Part shown: in pieces, positions 1 through 9,433 of the stretch
Layout: every line of letters begins with the position of its first letter
Position numbering within the stretch: the stretch's first letter is position 1
Source: Candidatus Latescibacterota bacterium
Lineage (GTDB): Bacteria > Latescibacterota > UBA2968
DNA: 64,000 nucleotides
Assembly (NCBI GenBank): GCA_965204375.1
Contig: OZ241986.1
Location: 3,040,001-3,104,000 of the forward strand
Reading direction: 5' to 3'
The notes under the pieces: model-generated
Told to the model about the DNA's origin: nothing
Databases searched by the model: none
What the model saw: only the letters and a program-made list of their open reading frames with translations
Made by a program: the position numbers and the translations under genes

Positions 1-2
1 AG

Positions 3-335
3 GCGGGATTCAAGTGGTTGGATAAAGTTATTGAGGAATTTCCGGGCACGACTGAAGCAGAAAAGGCGTATAAATACAAATTTTTTCGGTTGGAACTTGA
101 GGCGGGAGCAAAGATAATAGAGATAAATAAATTGATCTCCCTTTTTGATTCATTTGAAGCTGCATTTCCTAAATCAACCTTGTTGCAAATGTTTCGATTT
201 CAAATTGCACAACTCTATCTAAGAAGAGAGAATTTTGAAGCGGCTGACCAGTGGCTTAACAAACTCATTGAAGCAGCAGGGGGCGGGGATACATTTTATA
301 AACAACTTGCTCAATATCGCCTGAAAATTCGGTAA
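3..335 (+). CDS. 5'-truncated TPR-like helical repeat protein (C-terminal part)
   Basis: Frame is open from the window edge (AGFKWLDKVIEEFPGT...). 'FP.S/T...' and 'FQIAQLY' helical-hairpin patterns are typical of TPR/BamD/CpoB-like repeats. Confidence 0.55.
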   Translation, partial: AGFKWLDKVIEEFPGTTEAEKAYKYKFFRLELEAGAKIIEINKLISLFDSFEAAFPKSTLLQMFRFQIAQLYLRRENFEAADQWLNKLIEAAGGGDTFYKQLAQYRLKIR

Positions 336-398
336 ATTGGTCTCTGATCCCTAATCAACACGCTTGCAAGAGAATTTTAATTTTAACAGGAGGTAGCC

Positions 399-1760
399 AT
401 GGTTGAACAATCACATCTATTAAACGACGAAACAATATTGCATTTTATTGCGCGGGGATATTGCGTAGTCAAAACAAGCGTCGCACCACGCATTCACGCA
501 CAAATACTGACAGATGCAAAAAAAGTCATGGCAGAGGGAAACCCGGGCAATGACATATTGCACGCCGCACCGGGCTTGCGCGAAATTTTTGACGACGAAG
601 CAATGGTCGGCGCGCTATCGAGTATCCTCGGCGATTCTTATGTGATGCACTGTCACAGGCATTGCCATCGCAATACCGCAGGCACAGAAGGTCGAAATTT
701 TCATCAGGATGGTTCAACGCGTCGCTTCGCTGGCTGGAGCCGACCGTGGCGGCGGCACCATCGCCCGCGAACAGTCATGGCGATTTGTTATCCACACCAG
801 ACGCCGATTGAAATGGGACCCACTGGCATAATGCCCGGAACACAGTATTACAGTGCAAAACCGCAAAATGAGTTCGATTACGAATTCCCATTTGCGGTTG
901 TCGATCCCGGCGATGTATTGCTCGTACATTTTGATTTATGGCATCGCGTATCCAGCAATACGAGCGACCGCGACCGGTACATGATGAAATTTTTATTCAA
1001 ACGCACAGAAGAGCCAACAGCACCGAGCTGGCATACCGCATCGCATTTCGATCCCGATTTCGACACCCTTGCCCACCGGATAAAACCCGACCATCCATCC
1101 GACGTCTTATTGCGCCATCCCCTCGTATGGGAATTTATATGGCGCTGGATGCGCGGTGAACCTCTGCCTGAGTGGGATGATGACGCACCCGTCTCTGTGG
1201 ATGACATGATGCACAACCTGAACAGCGATGATCCAGGTGTCGTGCTAAACGCGACATACGCCCTGGGACGATTGGGCAAACGCGCAGTGCCCACATTGAT
1301 GGACGTATTACTGGGACCAGATGAAGCACTTCGAGAACAAGTACCCGCAGCACTATCAGCAGCAGGTGGCCACGCGGTAGATCCAGTCGTCCAAGCATTG
1401 ACACACTCGGACGACTGGGTGCGCGCAACGGCTGCGGACACTCTGGGCGACATTGGCTTACCAGCCCTCGACGCACTACCCGCCATTCGCAACGCACTCT
1501 CAGACCGCGACGACTGGGTACGCCACAATGCCACGCGCGCATTGACCATCTGGAGCAAAGCTGCCGAAATCACTCGCGATGACTTGCTCACGGCCTTAAA
1601 AGACGCCGAGCCTTTCGTCGGCTTCAATGCATTAACAGCTCTGGAACACATGGACCGCGTTGACGATGCACAGGTACTGCCATTGCTAAAAGCAATGCAA
1701 AACCACAAACACAGCCGACTGCGCTACCAGGTAAACGAAATGCTACAGCGCGTTGCCTGA
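399..1760 (+). CDS. Phytanoyl-CoA dioxygenase (PhyH)-family protein fused to C-terminal HEAT repeats
   Basis: HQD motif and distal His (DLWH) of Fe/2OG dioxygenases; repeated 'L.D.D.WVR..A..LG' HEAT units; RBS AGGAGG. Confidence 0.85.
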   Translation: MVEQSHLLNDETILHFIARGYCVVKTSVAPRIHAQILTDAKKVMAEGNPGNDILHAAPGLREIFDDEAMVGALSSILGDSYVMHCHRHCHRNTAGTEGRNFHQDGSTRRFAGWSRPWRRHHRPRTVMAICYPHQTPIEMGPTGIMPGTQYYSAKPQNEFDYEFPFAVVDPGDVLLVHFDLWHRVSSNTSDRDRYMMKFLFKRTEEPTAPSWHTASHFDPDFDTLAHRIKPDHPSDVLLRHPLVWEFIWRWMRGEPLPEWDDDAPVSVDDMMHNLNSDDPGVVLNATYALGRLGKRAVPTLMDVLLGPDEALREQVPAALSAAGGHAVDPVVQALTHSDDWVRATAADTLGDIGLPALDALPAIRNALSDRDDWVRHNATRALTIWSKAAEITRDDLLTALKDAEPFVGFNALTALEHMDRVDDAQVLPLLKAMQNHKHSRLRYQVNEMLQRVA

Positions 1761-1787
1761 TCAATTGTTAAAAATATGTTACAAGTA

Positions 1788-1816
1788 TTGACTTTTGTGT
1801 TGAATACTTATAATGT
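1788..1816 (+). promoter_or_regulatory. Putative sigma70 promoter
   Basis: TTGACT-17 nt-TAATGT upstream of the 1866 ORF (TATAAT overlaps). Confidence 0.45.
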
Positions 1817-1865
1817 TGCCCGTGCTTGAGACACATTTCCACGTTTCTATTCAGCGAGGACTACA

Positions 1866-2123
1866 ATGGCAGACAAAAAACGGGTTTACTTTCAAGTTCA
1901 GGCTCCCAAAGCAGGTGCGGTTGTCGTATTGGGCGATTTTAACAACTGGGAACAACGGTCTCTGAAACCAAATAAAAAGGGACAATGGAAAACCTGGACA
2001 ACCCTGACACCGGGGCGGTATGAATATCGGTATCAGATCGACGGTGAATGGCGCAACGATCCCGAAGCACCTGCTGTACCCAATGAATTTGGCTCGGAGA
2101 ACAATGTTATGGTCGTAGTATAA
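1866..2123 (+). CDS. Stand-alone glycogen-binding domain protein (CBM48/AMPK beta-like, isoamylase early set domain)
   Basis: Motifs GDFNNW, W..L.PGRYEYRY.IDGEW..DP and N.FGS.NN. Confidence 0.85.
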   Translation: MADKKRVYFQVQAPKAGAVVVLGDFNNWEQRSLKPNKKGQWKTWTTLTPGRYEYRYQIDGEWRNDPEAPAVPNEFGSENNVMVVV

Positions 2124-2147
2124 AACCCACTCAAAATTCCAACGCAG

Positions 2148-2186
2148 AATCGCCTGTCCTCTATCTCGGGCAGGCGATTTTTGTTT
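2148..2186 (+). terminator. Intrinsic terminator
   Basis: AATCGCCTGTCC / GGGCAGGCGATT stem followed by a T tract. Confidence 0.7.
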
Positions 2187-2280
2187 GCCCCCCACTCCCG
2201 TGAATTTTGCCTTTTTTAACACTTTCATATATTTTCTCGTATGCGTATTTTGCACGACCATCGGGCATTGAGGAGGTATA

Positions 2281-3108
2281 ATGTATTCCAAACGCGAGCA
2301 ATTAATTCAAGATGGATACTGTGTATTTGAAAATGTGCTCACCCCCGAAATGGTTGAGCGCACAAACGCAGCATCCAACCGCCTGTTAGACGCGCAAGAC
2401 GCCGAGTATTTTGAGGCACAGAAATCGACGGGAAGTCTGATCAGCATTTACCATGACGACTTTTTTGCCGAACTGGTCACCTGGCCAAAGGCACTCAATG
2501 CTCTGCGAGAAATGGGTTTTGATCACCCCACTTTCTCCTCGGGTTTTATAATCAGCAAACTCCCGCACAGCCCACCCCTATTCTGGCATCAGGACTGGTG
2601 GGGATGGAATGACCCCATCAGCTATGAACCCCTGCCGCAGCAGGTATTTTTAATGTACTACCTCGTAAACACCTCGCGTGAAAACGGGTGTTTGAGATTA
2701 ATCGAAGGTTCGCACTTAAAACGACATCCCCTGCACGACATAACCCCCGAAGCACATACCGAAGATTTGAGACGCGTATCCGATCCAGACCATCCGGCCT
2801 ATCAGTCGTATCCCGACGAGCGCGATGTTCCCGTGCGTGCTGGCGACCTGGTCATTGGCGACTCGCGATTATTGCACAGCGCACACGCCAATAAATCGGA
2901 TCAGCGGCGGACAGTCATCACACTGTGGTATCACCCGATATACAACGAACTACCCGACGGCATGCGCGCCCGCCTGGCGAACCGGCATCCAATACCAGAC
3001 CACTGGTCTGAAGACGCTGCGCAAAAAATCGCGCCCTTAATGCCCCTTTACGAAGGCGAATGTGAAGAGCTCGAATGGAATCGCATTCCCGGACCTGCGT
3101 TGGTGTAA
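2281..3108 (+). CDS. Phytanoyl-CoA dioxygenase (PhyH)-family protein
   Basis: WHQD motif, ENGCL...GSH and LLHSAH.N...RR; RBS GAGGAGG. Confidence 0.9.
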   Translation: MYSKREQLIQDGYCVFENVLTPEMVERTNAASNRLLDAQDAEYFEAQKSTGSLISIYHDDFFAELVTWPKALNALREMGFDHPTFSSGFIISKLPHSPPLFWHQDWWGWNDPISYEPLPQQVFLMYYLVNTSRENGCLRLIEGSHLKRHPLHDITPEAHTEDLRRVSDPDHPAYQSYPDERDVPVRAGDLVIGDSRLLHSAHANKSDQRRTVITLWYHPIYNELPDGMRARLANRHPIPDHWSEDAAQKIAPLMPLYEGECEELEWNRIPGPALV

Positions 3109-3127
3109 CAAAAAGAAAAGACAAAAA

Positions 3128-4180
3128 ATGAAAATCGCCGCTCTCATCTCCGGTGGTGTCGATAGTTCCGTGGCTTTGAACATATTAAAAAACGAAGGCC
3201 ACGACCTGACGGCATATTATCTAAAAGTATGGCTCGAAGACGAACTCGCTTTTTTGGGGGAATGTCCCTGGGAAGCCGACCTGAAATTTGTCCGTGCTGT
3301 ATGCGACCAACTCGACGTACCGCTACAAGTAATCTCTCTGCAATCGGAATACCTCGAGCGTGTGGTATCTTATGCACTCGACGAACTGCGCGCTGGACGC
3401 ACACCCAGTCCAGATATATTTTGCAACCAGCGAATCAAATTCGGCGCATTTTTTGACCACATAGACAGCAGCTATGAAAAAGTGGCAACCGGACACTACG
3501 CACAGATCGCACAGATCAACGGAACTTATCATCTAAAATGCGCCCCCGACCCCGTCAAAGATCAGACCTACTTCTTATCCGGCATGTATCAATCGCAGGT
3601 CGCACGGGCATTATTTCCCATCGGGAACATGATGAAAAGCGAAGTGCGCCAACTCGCGCGGGATTTTGACCTGCCAAACCAAGCGCGAAAAGACAGCCAG
3701 GGAATATGTTTCCTGGGCAAAATCAGATATCCAGACTTTATCGCATTTCACCTGGGCGAAAAAAAAGGCGATATTATCGACAGAGAAACCGGACAAATCC
3801 TGGGACCCCATCGGGGCTACTATTATTACACAATTGGACAGCGGTATGGCCTGGGATTGAGCGGAGGCCCCTGGTACGTCGTACAAAAAGATATTGAGTG
3901 CAACATCATCTATGTATCCCACGCCACGAAGCACAAGAAGACATCGCGGAACCAATTTGTCGCGACAAATCCCAATTGGATAGCAGAACCACCAGACAAA
4001 AACGCCCTGCAATTAAAACTACGTCACGGCCCAGAATTGATCAACTGTGAAATCGAAGCAACAGATAACAACCAATTATCCGTAACCATAGCAGAAAAAG
4101 ACTCCGGCATAGCACCCGGACAATTCGCCGTATTTTACGATGGCGACCTCTGCCTCGGAAGTGCGGTAATTGATCACTAA
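3128..4180 (+). CDS. mnmA: tRNA 2-thiouridine(34) synthase MnmA
   Basis: SGGVDSS, TPSPDIFCN..IKF, ATGHYA, KDQTYFL, DSQGICF and PGQ motifs. Start moved to MKIAALISGG. Confidence 0.97.
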   Translation: MKIAALISGGVDSSVALNILKNEGHDLTAYYLKVWLEDELAFLGECPWEADLKFVRAVCDQLDVPLQVISLQSEYLERVVSYALDELRAGRTPSPDIFCNQRIKFGAFFDHIDSSYEKVATGHYAQIAQINGTYHLKCAPDPVKDQTYFLSGMYQSQVARALFPIGNMMKSEVRQLARDFDLPNQARKDSQGICFLGKIRYPDFIAFHLGEKKGDIIDRETGQILGPHRGYYYYTIGQRYGLGLSGGPWYVVQKDIECNIIYVSHATKHKKTSRNQFVATNPNWIAEPPDKNALQLKLRHGPELINCEIEATDNNQLSVTIAEKDSGIAPGQFAVFYDGDLCLGSAVIDH

Positions 4181-4193
4181 AAAAGAGAACATA

Positions 4194-4943
4194 ATGAGCA
4201 TTGAACAGGCGCGTACCGCCGTCGAATCCGGTAATATAGACACTCTAAAGAGACTGATAGCAGAAGATCCGCAACTGGTCAATAAAACCACAGCGGACAA
4301 TCCCCGCACACTTTTGCACACACTTTGCGACTATCCCGCGCACAGACCCAGGTGCCGCGAATCCGCAGAAATTTTGATACGCTCAGGCGCGGATGTCAAT
4401 GCGCGGGCAAAATTCGAAGGAGAAACCGACCCTGGCGAAACACCCATGCACTGGGCAGCCAGCAGTGACGATGCGGAAATGATTGAAGTACTTCTCGATA
4501 GCGGTGCGGAAATCGACATCGATGGCGGGAATATTGCAAACGGCACACCGCTCTGGGAAGCCGTGATATTCGGCATGCAAAACGCAGCGGCAAAGCTAAT
4601 CGAGCGCGGGGCAACCTGCAACCTGATGATCGCTGCCGGCGTGGGGCGGTTCGATCTCGTTGAGAAATTCTTCGATAAGGAAGGCAATATAACGGATCGG
4701 GCGGGCGTCCTTCCGGGATGGACGGAACCCCGGTCTGCGCGAGATTGTATCGACAGTGCCTTCGGAATGGCCTGTCGCAATGGACACCTCGAAACCGCCA
4801 AATGGTTGCTGGGGAAAAAACCGGATATCAACCGCAAAAATCCCGTTGGCGAAACGCCTCTGGATCAAGCTATGGACAGAAAACACACCGAAGTAGCGGA
4901 CTGGTTGATGACAATTGGCGCGAAACGATCCACAGACTTATAA
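4194..4943 (+). CDS. Ankyrin repeat protein
   Basis: GETPMHWAA, GTPLWEAV, GETPLDQA and GADVNA ankyrin motifs. Confidence 0.9.
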   Translation: MSIEQARTAVESGNIDTLKRLIAEDPQLVNKTTADNPRTLLHTLCDYPAHRPRCRESAEILIRSGADVNARAKFEGETDPGETPMHWAASSDDAEMIEVLLDSGAEIDIDGGNIANGTPLWEAVIFGMQNAAAKLIERGATCNLMIAAGVGRFDLVEKFFDKEGNITDRAGVLPGWTEPRSARDCIDSAFGMACRNGHLETAKWLLGKKPDINRKNPVGETPLDQAMDRKHTEVADWLMTIGAKRSTDL

Positions 4944-4969
4944 TGCCATCGCATTCAAGGAAAACCAAC

Positions 4970-5914
4970 ATGAACAGAGTAGGACTGGTTCAACATCCCG
5001 ATTTTCAAAAACACGACACGGGAGGCGCGCATCCCGAGCGTCCCGAGCGACTACAAACACTGCATGCCCATCTGGATGCAACGGGCTTGACAAAAGACCT
5101 CATAACATTCGAACCCCGACATGTCGATACATCCTGGTTGGAAAAAGCGCACACGCCCGAACATATTGCAAATGTAAGAACACGATGCACACAGGGCATC
5201 ACGTACATGGACGATTTTGACACCAGAATCTGTCCGCCATCTTTTGACATAGCCCGACTCGCTGTTGGCGCCACATTTGAAGCCATTGACGCAGTTATGG
5301 ACGCGCGTGTACACACGGCTTTTTGTGCCGTGCGCCCCCCCGGGCACCATGCCGAACGCAATCACGCAATGGGATTTTGTCTATTTAGCAACGCGGTCAT
5401 AGCCGCGCGATATATACAAGAAACATATTCCCTTGAACGCGTGGCAATTGTAGATTGGGACGTGCATCACGGCAATGGCACACAGCACATATTAGAAACC
5501 GACCCCTCGGTATTCTTCTTTAGCATCCACCAATACCCCCATTATCCCGGCACGGGGCGAGCTGACGAAATCGGTATTGGCGAAGGAGAAGGATTCACAC
5601 TAAATGCACCCGTGCCCGCAGGCAGCGATGACGCCGTATATTTGCGCATATTCGACGACGTATTTTTGCCCGCCATGCACACATTTAAACCACAATTTGT
5701 CATTATCTCCGCTGGATTTGACGCGCATCGGTCCGATCCCTTATCGGCCACTCAAGTGACGGAATCCGGTTTTGCCGAAATGACAAAGCGCGTAATGGCT
5801 GTCGCACAAGATCACGCAGAAGGACGGCTGATTTCCCTCCTGGAAGGCGGGTATGATCTGGGCGGCCTCTCGCGCAGCGTCGAATCCCATATAAAGGAAC
5901 TAATGAATGGGTAA
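4970..5914 (+). CDS. Histone deacetylase-family protein (class II-like amidohydrolase)
   Basis: HPERPERL, RPPGHHA, GFC, DWDVHHGNGTQ, SAGFDAH and LEGGY motifs. An alternative start at 4943 overlaps the ankyrin stop. Confidence 0.95.
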   Translation: MNRVGLVQHPDFQKHDTGGAHPERPERLQTLHAHLDATGLTKDLITFEPRHVDTSWLEKAHTPEHIANVRTRCTQGITYMDDFDTRICPPSFDIARLAVGATFEAIDAVMDARVHTAFCAVRPPGHHAERNHAMGFCLFSNAVIAARYIQETYSLERVAIVDWDVHHGNGTQHILETDPSVFFFSIHQYPHYPGTGRADEIGIGEGEGFTLNAPVPAGSDDAVYLRIFDDVFLPAMHTFKPQFVIISAGFDAHRSDPLSATQVTESGFAEMTKRVMAVAQDHAEGRLISLLEGGYDLGGLSRSVESHIKELMNG

Positions 5915-6794
5915 TACGAAAAAAATTGTAGCATTTCAAGGTGAACGCGGTGCATTTAGCGAAATGGCCGCGCGTTCGTACTTTGGCAAAGACGTCGAAG
6001 TCGTACCGCAACGCAATTTCTCCGCTCTGTTTGCCGCAGTCGAACACGAAGAGTGTACACACGGCATGGTACCCATTGAAAACTCATTGATGGGCAGCAT
6101 TCACGAAAACTACGACCACCTGTCAGCTCACCATTTACAGATCGTCGGCGAACTGAAGTTGCGCATCGTACACAATCTAATTGTAAATCCCGGGGTAAAA
6201 TTAGAAGACATCCGCCATATCTATTCCCAGGCACCTGCACTGGCGCAGTGTACACAATTCACTGCATCTCTGCCACAAGCCGAAACAATTATGACCTCCG
6301 ATACCGCAGGAGCCGTAAAGGCTTTAAAAACATCGGGCGCCCGCGATGCCGCTGCAATAGCGAGTGCCCAGGCAGCCTGGGATTACGATCTGGAAATTTT
6401 GCAGGTGGGCATTGAAGACGACCATCAAAACTACACGCGATTTTTAGTCGTCACATCCGAAGCGCTATCACTTGAAAATCCAGACATCCAAATGCCCGCA
6501 AAAACATCGATCGTATTCGCCATGAAAAATGTGCCCGGCGCATTATTTAAAAGCCTGAGCGTATTTGCATTGCGCGACCTCAACCTGCTCAAAATCGAAT
6601 CTCGGCCCCTTGCGGGCAAACCCTGGGAATACGCCTTCTCGCTCGACTTTGAGGGCCATATCCGTCAAGAACCCTGCGCCCGCGCCATTGAACACCTGCG
6701 CGAAATCGCCACCTTTGTAAAAATCCTCGGCTCTTATCGACAAGGGGACATGGTCGAAGGCAAAGTTTGGAAACGTACAAAAAGTAAAGTATGA
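5907..6794 (+). CDS. pheA: Prephenate dehydratase
   Basis: AFQG..GAFSE, PIENS..GSI and N.TRF motifs; ACT domain with KIESRP. Confidence 0.93.
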   Translation: MGNTKKIVAFQGERGAFSEMAARSYFGKDVEVVPQRNFSALFAAVEHEECTHGMVPIENSLMGSIHENYDHLSAHHLQIVGELKLRIVHNLIVNPGVKLEDIRHIYSQAPALAQCTQFTASLPQAETIMTSDTAGAVKALKTSGARDAAAIASAQAAWDYDLEILQVGIEDDHQNYTRFLVVTSEALSLENPDIQMPAKTSIVFAMKNVPGALFKSLSVFALRDLNLLKIESRPLAGKPWEYAFSLDFEGHIRQEPCARAIEHLREIATFVKILGSYRQGDMVEGKVWKRTKSKV

Positions 6795-6805
6795 AAGGAC
6801 CTTAC

Positions 6806-8932
6806 ATGGCAAGCCAAAGATATGAAAATCTGTATGCACAAATAGAAACATCGCTACGAGAAAAACCAAAACGCACACAACTCTACAACGCAGTCAAACG
6901 GGCGCGAGATGCCCGGCGCACGGCGATTGATATTTTGCCACAAGGAGAGGCATTTCGCAAAGAAGTCCGCGACATCAAAGTACGGTGCTTGCACAACCTG
7001 GACGACCTGGTCAATCAATTTGCCGCAAAAGTCGAATCGCGCGGGGCAAAAGTCTTTCTCGCACAAGACGGTGCTGCTGCGATTGACTATATCTTAAAAC
7101 TATCAGCAGAAAAAAACGCCGAAACAGTGGCAAAATCAAAATCGCTAACAAGCGAAGAAATCGAAGTCAATCACCCGCTGGAAGACGCCGGCTTAGAAGT
7201 CATAGAAACTGACCTCGGCGAGCTTATTATCCAAAAAGTCCACGAAAAACCATTCCATCTGGTATTTCCCGCCGTCCATAAAACCGCCGTTGAAGTAGCC
7301 GAAATATTTAAAAAAGAAACAGGCGAAGACGTCCCTAACGATGTAGATGCAATTATGAAAATCGTGCGCAAATACCTGCGACCGATCTTTCTCAACGCCG
7401 ACATCGGCATGACAGGCGCGAATGTGGGCGTTGCCGAATCGGGCACAATTCTAATCGAAACCAACGAAGGCAATGCCCGTCTGGTATCGAGCATACCCGA
7501 TGTACACATCTGCATTATGGGACGCGAAAAAGTAGTGGAAACAGTAGAAGATGCATTGCAAATGATGCTGGCGCATCCGGTCAGCGCTGTCGGACAACAT
7601 ACGACAACCTATGTGACGTGGATGAGTGGGAGATCACCTCTGGGACAGGGCAAGGGACGCGCACCGCGGGAATCGCATATCATCATCCTGGACAATGGTC
7701 GCACCAGGATGCAAGAAGATCCCCTGTTTTCAGACGCACTCAACTGCATCCGCTGCGGCGCCTGCATGAATATCTGCCCGACATACGGCGTAGTCGGCGG
7801 CCATGCATTTGGATACATATACCCCGGACCGATTGGCATACCCTGGACAGCTGAAGTTCACGGCGTGGATAAAGCCGGCGACTTCGCCCCACTGTGTATT
7901 TCGTGTGGATTGTGCAAAGAAATATGCCCGGCAGAAATCGACATCCCCATGATGATAGCCGGGGTAAAAGACCGCGACAGCGAAGTCAATCCGCATCCGC
8001 GCGTCAACAAAATGCTGATGGCCGCTGAAAAAGCCGCAAAAATGAGCAGCTTGACAGCACCCATATCCAATTGGATGATGGACAATGGACTGGTGCGATG
8101 GGCAATGGAAAAAGTGATGGGCATTGATCGACGCCGTCAGCTACCCAAATTCAGTCGAAAAACACTCGTAAAACGCTTCGCAAAACGCGGGCCATCTCCC
8201 GCATCGAATCCCGTTCGCAAAGTAGCCTTTTTCACAGACCTATTTGCCAATTACAACGACCCCGACCTGGGAATGGCGGCAATTGAACGCCTGGAAGCAC
8301 TCGGTTGCGAAGTCATCATCCCCCCGCAAAAAAGCAGCGGATACCCCTATATCGGGTACGGTGACCTGAAAAACGCGAAAAAAACTGCACGCGAAAACGT
8401 GGATCTCCTCCTCCCCTATATAAATCAAGGCTATGAAGTGGTTGCAACAGAACCCACAGCAACGTATTGCCTGAAAATCTCATACCCCAAATTACTCGAT
8501 AAAGCAGACGACGCTGTCTCTGTCGCCGAGCACACATACGAATTTTTCGAGTTCCTCTCTCTACTCGAAAGCGATATTTCAGATGAAGAGCAAAATGCCC
8601 TGCGCGGACGCGCATTTGGATTCCACATCCCCTGCCACCAGCGTCCTCTGGGAGCGGGAGAACACGCAATGGCATTCTTGCGCCAGCGCGGTGCAGACGT
8701 CGCCCTCATCGAAACGGGTACCTGCTGTGGTATGGCGGGAACATTTGGCCTGAAAGCCGGACCCCTCGGTTACGAACTCGCACAGGCTGTTGGAGAACCG
8801 CTCTTCGAAGGCTTTCGCGAAGCCGATGTGGAAGCCATCGTAACAGAAAGTAGCGTATGCGCCATCCACCTCTCAGAAGGAACCGAACTTGAAGTCTGGC
8901 ATCCCTTAAACCTGCTTCGTCTCCTAAAGTAG
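6806..8932 (+). CDS. LUD-domain (LutB/YkgF-like) Fe-S protein fused to CCG (GlpC/LutA-like) domains
   Basis: KSKSLTSEEI, ETDLGELI and NEGNA (LUD); CIRCGACMNICP and CISCGLCKEICP ferredoxin motifs; HIPCH and TCCGMAG (CCG). Start could be 6791. Confidence 0.85.
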   Translation: MASQRYENLYAQIETSLREKPKRTQLYNAVKRARDARRTAIDILPQGEAFRKEVRDIKVRCLHNLDDLVNQFAAKVESRGAKVFLAQDGAAAIDYILKLSAEKNAETVAKSKSLTSEEIEVNHPLEDAGLEVIETDLGELIIQKVHEKPFHLVFPAVHKTAVEVAEIFKKETGEDVPNDVDAIMKIVRKYLRPIFLNADIGMTGANVGVAESGTILIETNEGNARLVSSIPDVHICIMGREKVVETVEDALQMMLAHPVSAVGQHTTTYVTWMSGRSPLGQGKGRAPRESHIIILDNGRTRMQEDPLFSDALNCIRCGACMNICPTYGVVGGHAFGYIYPGPIGIPWTAEVHGVDKAGDFAPLCISCGLCKEICPAEIDIPMMIAGVKDRDSEVNPHPRVNKMLMAAEKAAKMSSLTAPISNWMMDNGLVRWAMEKVMGIDRRRQLPKFSRKTLVKRFAKRGPSPASNPVRKVAFFTDLFANYNDPDLGMAAIERLEALGCEVIIPPQKSSGYPYIGYGDLKNAKKTARENVDLLLPYINQGYEVVATEPTATYCLKISYPKLLDKADDAVSVAEHTYEFFEFLSLLESDISDEEQNALRGRAFGFHIPCHQRPLGAGEHAMAFLRQRGADVALIETGTCCGMAGTFGLKAGPLGYELAQAVGEPLFEGFREADVEAIVTESSVCAIHLSEGTELEVWHPLNLLRLLK

Positions 8933-8990
8933 GCACCTCCTGTCCTGAAATTGAAGACAGTTTTAAAAAAAACTTGCATTTTAATCCAAG

Positions 8991-9010
8991 TGTATTATAT
9001 TAGTAATACA
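8991..9010. promoter_or_regulatory. YtrA-type GntR operator overlapping the promoter
   Basis: Palindrome TGTATTA-N6-TAATACA just upstream of a YtrA-subfamily gntR. Confidence 0.75.
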
Positions 9011-9037
9011 GTAATTCACTTGTTGAGAGAATACCTC

Positions 9038-9433
9038 ATGTTGATCTCGATTGACCATCACAATGGCATACCCGTTTTTCGCCAGATTATCGACCAGGTG
9101 AAATTCCACGTAGCCAGCGGGCTACTCGCGCCGGGCGACGAACTGCCCTCCACCCGCGCGTTATCGGGACAACTGGGACTCAATCCAATGACAGTGAGCA
9201 AAGCGTACAGCCTGTTGGAAGCAGAGGGATTAGTCGAGCGGCGGCGCGGACGACCTTTAACCGTAAAACCCTTACGAGATCAGACCGTACACGCCGAAAA
9301 GCTGTCACAACTCAAACCACAACTCACACAATTGGCAACAATGGTTCGGCAGTTGGGGGTTGATCGGACGGAAGTCTTAGATCTTTTCCTCTCCATCTTA
9401 GATACCCTGGAGGAAGATAATGATGGCACATGA
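9038..9433 (+). CDS. GntR-family regulator, YtrA subfamily
   Basis: P.F.QI...VK..V.SG.L.PGDELPS.R.L...LGLNPMTVSKAY..LE winged HTH; short C-terminus; adjacent ABC genes. Confidence 0.92.
   Translation: MLISIDHHNGIPVFRQIIDQVKFHVASGLLAPGDELPSTRALSGQLGLNPMTVSKAYSLLEAEGLVERRRGRPLTVKPLRDQTVHAEKLSQLKPQLTQLATMVRQLGVDRTEVLDLFLSILDTLEEDNDGT

Noticed and set aside
878-1708. 276-aa minus-strand ORF
   Set aside because: Shadow of the PhyH-HEAT gene with Ser/Ala-rich antisense composition.
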